Shown here: positions 57,313 to 64,000 of the stretch, one piece after another
How the letters are laid out: each line of letters opens with the position of its first letter
How positions within the stretch are numbered: the first letter of the stretch is position 1
NCBI GenBank assembly: GCA_028717685.1
Contig: JAQUNI010000001.1
Span: forward strand, 54,306 to 118,305
Direction: 5' to 3'
DNA: 64,000 bases
Source: Patescibacteria group bacterium
GTDB lineage: Bacteria; Patescibacteriota; JAQUNI01
Translations under genes and position numbers: made by a program
Notes under the pieces: generated by a model
The model's database searches: none
Seen by the model: only the letters and a program-made list of their open reading frames with translations
Told to the model about the DNA's origin: nothing

Positions 57313-59061
57313 ATGAAGGACAAATTAAAAAACGATACAGTCAATTCCAACGGGGTGAAATTTGACGACAAAACAATAAAGAAGATTCTCTTAAAAGGGA
57401 ACTATATTACTGAAGAAGATGTTAAGAACGCGGATGATTTTGCCACAACGCACCAAGTGTCATTCATAGGGTATCTGCTCCAAGAAAATCTCATCACCAA
57501 GGACCTCTTGGGGCAGGCGATTGCCGAATCGTTCAAGGTTCCCTACGCTGACTTAAATTCAGCACCACCCGCACCTCTGCAGGTGCAAAAAATTCCGGAG
57601 GAGACCGCGAAAAAATATCACGCGGTTATTTTCGCTGAAGAAAAAAACAAAACCGTAGTCGCCACCGATAATCCAGAAGATCCAACACTCCTGCCGGAAT
57701 TAGAAAAGCTGTTTGTCGGCAGGAGGTTGAGCATTGTCTATTCGCTGACCGAGGACATCAACGCGAGCTTTGTGCATTATCAAAAGCCGCTTGAAACCCG
57801 CTTCTCTAAGATTATTGAGAGCAAAGGGCGAGTCGCGCCAGAGCTTTTGGAAGAAATTTTTGATGACGCGCTCGTATATCATGCCTCCGACATCCATTTT
57901 GAACCCAGGCAGAAAGATGTGCTTGTGCGGTTTCGCATTGACGGCGTTTTACAAGAAACCGGCAGGATCCCCAAAGAATATTACGAAAATATTCTTAATC
58001 GCATCAAGGTGCAAAGCGGTTTGCGCATTGATGAACACTTTGCCGCGCAAGACGGTTCGCTCCGGTATGAACCCTCCTCCTTTAAAGCTTCCTCCTACGC
58101 TAACGCTCCAGCGGGCAAAAAGGATAGCGTTGTTGTTGACCTTAGAACCTCAGTTGTCCCCACTGTTGAAGGAGAAAAAGTGGCATTGCGCGTACTCTCG
58201 GCATATGTGCAAGGATTTTCTCTTGGTGATCTTGGTCTTTCGCCGGCACATCAGCAGATACTTGAGCAAGCCGCCACAAAACCATTTGGCATGATTCTCG
58301 TAGCAGGTCCCACTGGTTCCGGAAAAACCACTACGCTTTACGCACTTTTGAAACTTGTAAATAGCCCAGAGGTGAACATCACCACTATTGAGGACCCGGT
58401 GGAGTACAGGGTGCTCGGCGTGAATCAAATTCAAATCAATCCTCTAACAAATCTCACTTTTGCCAAAGGACTGCGTTCTATCGTCCGCCAAGACCCGGAT
58501 ATTATTCTGGTCGGCGAGATTCGCGACGAAGAAACAGCAGAAATCGCCGTAAATGCGGCACTCACCGGCCATCTTCTCTACTCCACATTTCACGCCAACG
58601 ATGCCGCTACCGCCATTCCTCGGCTTCTGGATATGGGCATTGAACCGTTTCTTTTGGCTTCCACGCTTGAGGTTATTGTCGCCCAGCGACTCGTGCGTAA
58701 AATTTGCGAACATTGCCGGCATAGTGTTACCAAATCGGCAAATGATTGGAAGACGCCTCAGCTTCGGTCAGTTATGCCATATCTTTCCAAAAAGTCGATC
58801 ACGCTCTATGAAGGGAAGAAGTGCGAGATGTGCGGCTATACGGGGTACAAAGGACGAACTGCTATTTTTGAATTCATCCAAATCACTCCGGAGATGCGGA
58901 ATCTCATCTTACACTCCCCGTCAACTAAAGAAATCTGGCAACTCGCCAGTAAGGATGGTTCAAAAACACTTTTTGAAGACGGCATTGAAAAAGTTAAGAC
59001 TGGAGTAACCACAATAGAAGAGCTGCTTCGCGTCGCCGAACCGCCGCAGAAGAGTGGGTAG
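57313..59061 (+). CDS. pilB: type IV pilus assembly ATPase PilB (GspE family)
   Basis: 582 aa: N-terminal GSPII_E N1 domain, Walker A VAGPTGSGKTTT, Asp/His boxes, tetracysteine motif (CEHC...CEMC). Confidence 0.9.
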   Translation: MKDKLKNDTVNSNGVKFDDKTIKKILLKGNYITEEDVKNADDFATTHQVSFIGYLLQENLITKDLLGQAIAESFKVPYADLNSAPPAPLQVQKIPEETAKKYHAVIFAEEKNKTVVATDNPEDPTLLPELEKLFVGRRLSIVYSLTEDINASFVHYQKPLETRFSKIIESKGRVAPELLEEIFDDALVYHASDIHFEPRQKDVLVRFRIDGVLQETGRIPKEYYENILNRIKVQSGLRIDEHFAAQDGSLRYEPSSFKASSYANAPAGKKDSVVVDLRTSVVPTVEGEKVALRVLSAYVQGFSLGDLGLSPAHQQILEQAATKPFGMILVAGPTGSGKTTTLYALLKLVNSPEVNITTIEDPVEYRVLGVNQIQINPLTNLTFAKGLRSIVRQDPDIILVGEIRDEETAEIAVNAALTGHLLYSTFHANDAATAIPRLLDMGIEPFLLASTLEVIVAQRLVRKICEHCRHSVTKSANDWKTPQLRSVMPYLSKKSITLYEGKKCEMCGYTGYKGRTAIFEFIQITPEMRNLILHSPSTKEIWQLASKDGSKTLFEDGIEKVKTGVTTIEELLRVAEPPQKSG

Positions 59062-59067
59062 TAGGAT

Positions 59068-59084
59068 TAGTTGGTAGTTTGTAG
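59068..59084. repeat. left inverted repeat flanking four-helix-bundle gene 1
   Basis: tagttggtagtttgtag is the perfect reverse complement of 59468..59484. Confidence 0.7.
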
Positions 59085-59103
59085 TGAGTAGTTAGTAGTA
59101 AAT

Positions 59104-59463
59104 ATGAAAATTGAATCGTACGAAAATTTAATTGTGTGGCAAAAGTCAATGGATCTGGTGATTGCTGTTTATGCATTGACAGAAAAATTTCCAAAAGAAG
59201 AACTATACGGTTTAACTTCACAAATGCGCCGCGCAACTGTTTCAGTTCCTTCCAATATTGCGGAAGGTAGTAGGCGTGGTTCTCGAAAAAATTTTAGAAA
59301 TTTTTTACTCAATGCGTATGGTTCCAGTGCAGAGCTTGGGACTCAGATCAAAATCGCGAAACGGCTTTCATACGGAAAAACCAAAAATTATGAGCAAGCG
59401 GATGCACTGCTTGATGAAGTAATGCGCATGTTAGACAAATTGACGTATGGGCTCAAAGAATAA
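59104..59463 (+). CDS. four-helix-bundle protein (23S rRNA IVS-protein / Avd-like fold family), copy 1
   Basis: 119 aa (MKIESYENLIVWQKSMDLV...LTSQMRRATVSVPSNIAEG); about 92 percent identical to the copy at 61765..62124. Confidence 0.7.
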   Translation: MKIESYENLIVWQKSMDLVIAVYALTEKFPKEELYGLTSQMRRATVSVPSNIAEGSRRGSRKNFRNFLLNAYGSSAELGTQIKIAKRLSYGKTKNYEQADALLDEVMRMLDKLTYGLKE

Positions 59464-60886
59464 AAGTCTACAAACTACCAACTACAAACTACAAACTATC
59501 TTCCTAGGCAAAGAACGGGACTATTTTATTGAGAATTTAAGCATGCTGGTCGCCGCTGGCATGCCGATTTTGGGCGTTCTCGACTCCATTGCCAAAGAAC
59601 TGCGCTCGCGCCGCATGAAAAAAATTCTTGCTCTTATTCGGGAATATATTGAATCTGGCTCGCCAATTTGGAAAGCGCTTCAAACAACTAACCTGTTTGC
59701 CGACCACACTATCTCGCTTATCCGCCTTGGCGAAGAATCGGGAAAGCTTACGGAGAACTTAAAAGTGGTCGCGAATGAACAAGAAAAAAATCGGGTGTTC
59801 CACTCCAAGCTTCGTTCCGCCATAATGTATCCTGTATTCGTACTCTCACTCACGGTCATTATCGGTGTGGGCATTGCGTGGTTTATTTTGCCCAAGCTGG
59901 CGCTGGTGTTTGCCCAGCTTAAAATAACCTTGCCCCTTATCACAAAAATTTTGATCGGATCGGGAACATTTCTTGGCGAATATGGCCAATACGTCGTGCC
60001 CGCGGCAGTTATAGCAATATCAGTTATTTTTTTCTTTATTTTCTCATTTCCAAAAACAAAATTTATCGGGCAATTTATTTTATTTTCTTTGCCCGGCGTT
60101 AAACAACTTATTAAGGAAGTGGAGCTGGCGCGGCTCGGTTATCTTTTAGGCACGCTTCTTGACGCTGGACTGCCGGTAACCCAAGCGCTCAACTCGCTCG
60201 CAAGCGCTACCGAGATTGCGCCATACAAAAAACTCTACAAACACCTGCGCGACTCGGTAGAAGACGGCAATCCGTTCCGGAAAAGCTTTATTTCCTTTAA
60301 GCGCACTAATCATCTTATTCCCGAACCTATTCAGCAACTCATCGTCGCTGGTGAACAGTCAGGCACTCTTTCAGCAACTCTTCTTAAAATCGGAGAGACT
60401 TATGAAGCTAAAGCGGACACGACGACAAAAAATTTGACCGTGATTCTGGAGCCGATATTACTCGTCATCGTGTGGCTCGGCGTTGTAGCCGTGGCGTTAG
60501 CAGTGATTTTGCCAATCTACAGCCTTATCGGCGGATTTAACGCCAACCAGCCCGCAGCGGCACAGCCTCCTCCTGCCGAAGAACAGGTAATCAGTCCGCC
60601 GCCAAGTGTGGAAACAACAGCTCCAGATACAGAAACCGTGGAAGTAATACCCCCTCCGGATACAGAAATCATAGAGAAAAAACCAACAACGCTCCGCGTT
60701 CTTCCCACTAGCGTAGGGTATCTTAACGTGCGCGAGAAACCATCATTAACAAGTAAAATCGTCACGCGCGTTAAGCCGGGTGAAACATTTGAATACACTG
60801 AAAAAAACGAGAGCTGGTATAAAATTATTTTGCCGGATGGCAATTCCGGATGGGTGTTTGAAAAATATGTTGAAGAAAATGAATAA
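59447..60886 (+). CDS. pilC: type IV pilus platform protein PilC (GspF family) with C-terminal SH3b-like domain
   Basis: 479 aa: two GspF repeats and three TM segments, then a Pro/Thr/Glu-rich linker and an SH3b-like domain (YLNVREKPSLTSKIVTRVKPGETFEY...WYKI...GWV). ATG overlaps the 4HB stop. Confidence 0.85.
   Translation: MGSKNKSLQTTNYKLQTIFLGKERDYFIENLSMLVAAGMPILGVLDSIAKELRSRRMKKILALIREYIESGSPIWKALQTTNLFADHTISLIRLGEESGKLTENLKVVANEQEKNRVFHSKLRSAIMYPVFVLSLTVIIGVGIAWFILPKLALVFAQLKITLPLITKILIGSGTFLGEYGQYVVPAAVIAISVIFFFIFSFPKTKFIGQFILFSLPGVKQLIKEVELARLGYLLGTLLDAGLPVTQALNSLASATEIAPYKKLYKHLRDSVEDGNPFRKSFISFKRTNHLIPEPIQQLIVAGEQSGTLSATLLKIGETYEAKADTTTKNLTVILEPILLVIVWLGVVAVALAVILPIYSLIGGFNANQPAAAQPPPAEEQVISPPPSVETTAPDTETVEVIPPPDTEIIEKKPTTLRVLPTSVGYLNVREKPSLTSKIVTRVKPGETFEYTEKNESWYKIILPDGNSGWVFEKYVEENE
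59468..59484. repeat. right inverted repeat flanking four-helix-bundle gene 1 (also encodes the N-terminus of PilC)
   Basis: ctacaaactaccaacta; read in the pilC frame it encodes LQTTNYKLQT. Confidence 0.7.
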
Positions 60887-61038
60887 ACAAAACTAACAAA
60901 TGACACATAACATCTGACACATGACATTTGACACATATGAAACAAAAAAAATTATAGGAAAATAAAAGGGCATCGTCAGATGTTAGGTATCAGATGTTCC
61001 AAAAGGGTTTACCCAGCACCACTTTTTAGATTATAAAC

Positions 61039-61731
61039 ATGTATTACGTCTATACCTTAATTAGTAAGTTAAAAAATAAGACAGAAATATATATTGGATC
61101 AACAAATGATCTGAGAAGAAGACTAAGAGATCATAATAATGGTAAAGAAAGATCTACAAAACGTTATAGGACGTGGAATCTGATTTACTACGAAGCATAT
61201 ATAACAGAGAGTCTAGCAAGATTAAGAGAAAAACGATTGAAACATCACGGAAATGCGATGAAAGAATTAAAAAAAAGAATCGGATTATCCGAATGGAAAA
61301 GTGGTGCTGGGTTTACCTTGCTGGAAGTTCTTCTCTCTATCGCGGCGATCGCGATTATCGCCGTAATTTCTATTCCCATTTATCAGTCGTTTCAGGTGCG
61401 AAACGATCTTGATATCGCGACCATGGAAATTGCCCAAACTTTGCGGCGCGCGCAAGTACTTTCCCAAGCGGTTGATGGCGACACAAGCTGGGGCGTTTCT
61501 CTCGCAAGCGGAAATATCACGCTTTTTAAGGGCGTAAGTTACGCCACCCGCGATACCAATTTTGATGAAGTGTTTGATGTATCAACAAATATCACTCCAT
61601 CGGGACCTTCCGAAATCGTGTTTGTAAAATTTACAGGCTTACCACAGACCACGGGGACAATAATGCTATCCTCCAATATGAATGAAACGAGAAATATAGT
61701 AATTAACCAGAAGGGAATGGTTAATTATTAG
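61039..61731 (+). CDS. GIY-YIG nuclease domain fused in frame to a type IV prepilin
   Basis: 230 aa. Residues 1-90 are a complete GIY-YIG domain (YYVYTL...IYIGSTNDLRRRLRDHN...YYE...E). Residues 74-91 look like a prepilin leader (MKELKKRIGLSEWKSGAG) followed by the cleavage/methylation motif G/FTLLEV and a hydrophobic helix. Confidence 0.7.
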   Translation: MYYVYTLISKLKNKTEIYIGSTNDLRRRLRDHNNGKERSTKRYRTWNLIYYEAYITESLARLREKRLKHHGNAMKELKKRIGLSEWKSGAGFTLLEVLLSIAAIAIIAVISIPIYQSFQVRNDLDIATMEIAQTLRRAQVLSQAVDGDTSWGVSLASGNITLFKGVSYATRDTNFDEVFDVSTNITPSGPSEIVFVKFTGLPQTTGTIMLSSNMNETRNIVINQKGMVNY

Positions 61732-61736
61732 TTGGT

Positions 61737-61752
61737 AGTTTGTAGTGGGTAG
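61737..61752. repeat. left inverted repeat flanking four-helix-bundle gene 2
   Basis: agtttgtagtgggtag is the perfect reverse complement of 62129..62144. Confidence 0.7.
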
Positions 61753-61764
61753 TTGGTAGTAAAT

Positions 61765-62124
61765 ATGAAAATTGAATCATACGAAAATTTAATTGTGTGG
61801 CAAAAGTCAATGGATTTAGTGATTGCTGTTTATGCATTGACAGGAAAATTTCCAAAAGCAGAACTATACGGTTTAACTTCACAAATGCGCCGCGCGGCTG
61901 TTTCAATTCCTTCCAATATCGCGGAGGGGAGCAGGCGCGGTTCTCGGAAGGATTTTAGAAATTTTTTACTCAATGCGTATGGTTCTGGTGCAGAGCTTGA
62001 AACTCAAGTTAAAATTGCGAAACGACTTTCATACGGAAAAACCAAAGATTATGAGCAGGCGGACGCGCTGCTCGATGAAGTAATGCGCATGTTAAACAAA
62101 TTGACGTATGGGCTCAAAGAATAA
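61765..62124 (+). CDS. four-helix-bundle protein (23S rRNA IVS-protein / Avd-like fold family), copy 2
   Basis: 119 aa from the ATG at 61765 (the ORF track starts at an upstream TTG). Ten substitutions relative to copy 1. Confidence 0.7.
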   Translation: MKIESYENLIVWQKSMDLVIAVYALTGKFPKAELYGLTSQMRRAAVSIPSNIAEGSRRGSRKDFRNFLLNAYGSGAELETQVKIAKRLSYGKTKDYEQADALLDEVMRMLNKLTYGLKE

Positions 62125-62746
62125 AAATCTACCCACTACAAACTACAAACTACCCACTCAACAAGGCTTCAGCCTTGTTGAAGTTATTCTCGCCAGCGCG
62201 GTGTTTGTTTTGTTCGTTACCGCGCTTGTCGGAGCGTACCTCTATGGGCAGGAGTCAACCGCGCTTGCCGGCAATCGCGCGCGCGCGACGATTCTTGCCG
62301 AAGAAGGGCTTGAGGCAGTGCGCAATATCCGCGATGCCGGATTTTCTAATCTCACCGACGGCACCTACGGATTGGCTGTTGTCGGCAACCAATGGGCGTT
62401 ATTCGGAACATCAGACACAACGGGTATTTTTACCCGCCAAATTACAATTTCCGCTGTAGATTCAGAACGAAAAAGCGTGACTGCGAATGTCGCTTGGCAA
62501 CAAAATGCCCAGCGCCCGGGAGCAGTTGCCCTGACGACCTATCTTACTAACTGGAAAAAGGCGACTCCTGTCAATTCCTGCGATATTTACTGCCAGTTGT
62601 TGGGAACCTATACCACTGGTACCTGTCGGGAAAATTCCCAACAATGTACTAAGTATGACGAGATTTATGAGGCGGGCGGTGATCCTATTTGTGTGACTAG
62701 TTTTCCTGGCGACGCCAGCCATGATACTTGTTGCTGCAAACCATAA
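62108..62746 (+). CDS. type IV pilin-like protein with Cys-rich C-terminus
   Basis: 212 aa: leader MGSKNKNLPTTNYKLPTQQG, cleavage motif G/FSLVEV (Glu at +5), hydrophobic helix; eight Cys in the last 55 residues. ATG overlaps the 4HB copy 2 stop. Confidence 0.7.
   Translation: MGSKNKNLPTTNYKLPTQQGFSLVEVILASAVFVLFVTALVGAYLYGQESTALAGNRARATILAEEGLEAVRNIRDAGFSNLTDGTYGLAVVGNQWALFGTSDTTGIFTRQITISAVDSERKSVTANVAWQQNAQRPGAVALTTYLTNWKKATPVNSCDIYCQLLGTYTTGTCRENSQQCTKYDEIYEAGGDPICVTSFPGDASHDTCCCKP
62129..62144. repeat. right inverted repeat flanking four-helix-bundle gene 2 (encodes part of a prepilin leader)
   Basis: ctacccactacaaact; in the pilin frame it encodes LPTTNYKL. Confidence 0.7.
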
Positions 62747-62751
62747 TTTAG

Positions 62752-62823
62752 GGATTAGTTTGTAGTGAGTAGTTGGTAGGTTGTAGTTTTCTACTCACTA
62801 CTCACTACAAACTACAAACTAAC
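62752..62823. repeat. inverted-repeat hairpin of the leader-coding motif with no gene in the loop
   Basis: agtttgtagtgagtagttggtag...ctactcactactcactacaaactacaaact: the same arms that flank the 4HB genes, here adjacent, just upstream of the pilin ATG at 62824. Confidence 0.6.
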
Positions 62824-63348
62824 ATGCTACCAACTACAAACTACCAACTACAAACCCAGCGTGGCTTCACGCTAATTGAACTGCTTCTCTATGTTGCCGT
62901 TGCGTCGGCGATACTTTTGGCGATTTCGGTTTTTCTTTCAATCCTCCTTCAGTCGCGCATCAAAAATCAAACTATCGCTGAAGTGGAACAGCAGGGGCTT
63001 CAAGTTATGCAACTCGTTACGCAAACCGCGCGCAACGCCGAGGCAATCACCTCGCCAGCGCAGGGCGCAAGCGCTTCATCTTTGACGCTTGACGTTATTT
63101 CTGCTGCCAGTGACCCCACTATTTTTGATCTCGCAAGCGGCGCGATTCGCGTCAAAGAAGGGGCTGGTTCAGCTACCGCTCTTACTAATTCTCGCGTTAC
63201 CGCTTCCGCTCTCACATTCCAAAATCTCTCTCGCACCGACACTCCGGGCACGGTTCGCGTCCAATTCACCCTCGCACATACAAATCCAGAAGGCAGAAAT
63301 GAATACTCATTTACTAAAACATTTATCGGCTCTGCGAGCCTGCGCTAG
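62824..63348 (+). CDS. type IV pilin-like protein
   Basis: Start taken at ATG 62824 (ORF track: 62773). Leader MLPTTNYQLQTQRG, cleavage motif G/FTLIEL (Glu at +5), hydrophobic helix LLYVAVASAILLAISVF. Confidence 0.7.
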   Translation: MLPTTNYQLQTQRGFTLIELLLYVAVASAILLAISVFLSILLQSRIKNQTIAEVEQQGLQVMQLVTQTARNAEAITSPAQGASASSLTLDVISAASDPTIFDLASGAIRVKEGAGSATALTNSRVTASALTFQNLSRTDTPGTVRVQFTLAHTNPEGRNEYSFTKTFIGSASLR

Positions 63349-63480
63349 TCATAATGCGGCAAATGCCGCAACGACTGACACTTGATACCTAGCACCTGAC
63401 AACTGACCACTAACATCTAACATTTTGTTAGGTGTCAGATGCCAAATGTCAGGTGTTAGGTGCTAGGTGTCAAGTGTTAA

Positions 63481-63927
63481 TTGTATAGAACCAGGTTATT
63501 CACACTCATGATTATTTTAAAATATAAAAAGTGTTATAATAAACAGGAGGATGGGTTCATTACCCTAATAAGTGTCTTGGTGGTTGGAGCGGTTGGAATA
63601 GCCCTCACAATTTCCGTGATTTTGCTCGGGCTTGGGTCGTCGCGAACAAGTTTTACGAATGAGCAGTCAAACCAAGCGAAAGCCCTCACTAACGCCTGTG
63701 CCGAAGAAGCTCTTCAGCAAATTCGTGATTCTGTGAATTTTGAAGGTACCGGTAGCCTTACTTTAGGTCTGGGCAGCTGCACCTATACCGTGACCAAACT
63801 TGTTAGCCAGAACCGAACCGTCACCGCCAGCGGGACAGTGGGAACAATCATAAGAAAAGCAAGTATTGCTCTTGATACAATCAGACCGAGCATCAACATC
63901 ACTTCCTGGCAAGAGGTGGCTGATTAG
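63481..63927 (+). CDS. minor pilin/pseudopilin-like protein
   Basis: 148 aa: G/FITLIS followed by a hydrophobic helix (VLVVGAVGIALTISVILLG); Ser instead of Glu at +5. True start is probably an internal Met. Confidence 0.5.
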   Translation: MYRTRLFTLMIILKYKKCYNKQEDGFITLISVLVVGAVGIALTISVILLGLGSSRTSFTNEQSNQAKALTNACAEEALQQIRDSVNFEGTGSLTLGLGSCTYTVTKLVSQNRTVTASGTVGTIIRKASIALDTIRPSINITSWQEVAD

Positions 63928-64000
63928 TTAGTAGTTTGTAGTGAGTAGTGAATAAAAAACTACCAACTAACACGCTACCAACTACAAGCTAAATAAACAT
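63928..64000. repeat. further copy of the pilin-leader inverted-repeat motif at the window edge
   Basis: agttagtagtttgtagtgagtagtg...ctaccaactaacacgctaccaactacaagc; probably precedes another pilin-like gene beyond the window. Confidence 0.45.

Noticed and set aside
59104-62746. Possible diversity-generating retroelement: Avd-like four-helix-bundle genes next to surface-protein (pilin) genes
   Set aside because: No reverse transcriptase ORF in the window and no template/variable repeat pair. The two 4HB copies differ by ordinary transitions in both directions (A-G and C-T), not adenine-specific substitutions. The 4HB genes may only share the fold with Avd.
57313-64000. Absence of prepilin peptidase (PilD), PilT and PilM/N/O from the pilus locus
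   Set aside because: Absence within a 64-kb window is not informative; these genes are often encoded elsewhere or beyond the window edge.

Overview
Low-GC bacterial chromosome segment with compact gene organisation, most likely from a small-genome, CPR/Patescibacteria-like lineage (inference from archaeal-type ProRS, tandem GT39 glycosyltransferases, many four-helix-bundle and GIY-YIG genes). Most of the window is housekeeping: dnaX, cysS, dnaB, ybaB, recR, serS, lysS, greA, folD, proS, rseP, frr, holB, murA, an mreBCD-mrdA operon plus a second mreB, and a ribosomal/rpoA cluster (infA-rpmJ-rpsM-rpsK-rpsD-rpoA-rplQ, rplM-rpsI). There is one tRNA-Gln(UUG), a cell-surface glycosylation cluster (GT4, GT2, two GT39) and a small plus-strand three-gene island at 21.1-22.6 kb. 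The most unusual part is a type IV pilus locus at 56.7-64 kb (HTH, response regulator, pilB, pilC, four pilin-like genes): two near-identical four-helix-bundle genes sit inside inverted repeats whose right arm is the prepilin-leader coding sequence, and a complete GIY-YIG domain is fused in frame to a prepilin. Other notable points are a LysRS with a C-terminal HD-hydrolase domain and several dispersed intergenic repeat families. No rRNA, CRISPR array or recognisable transposase was seen. All calls are from reading the translations and sequence by eye; no searches were run.
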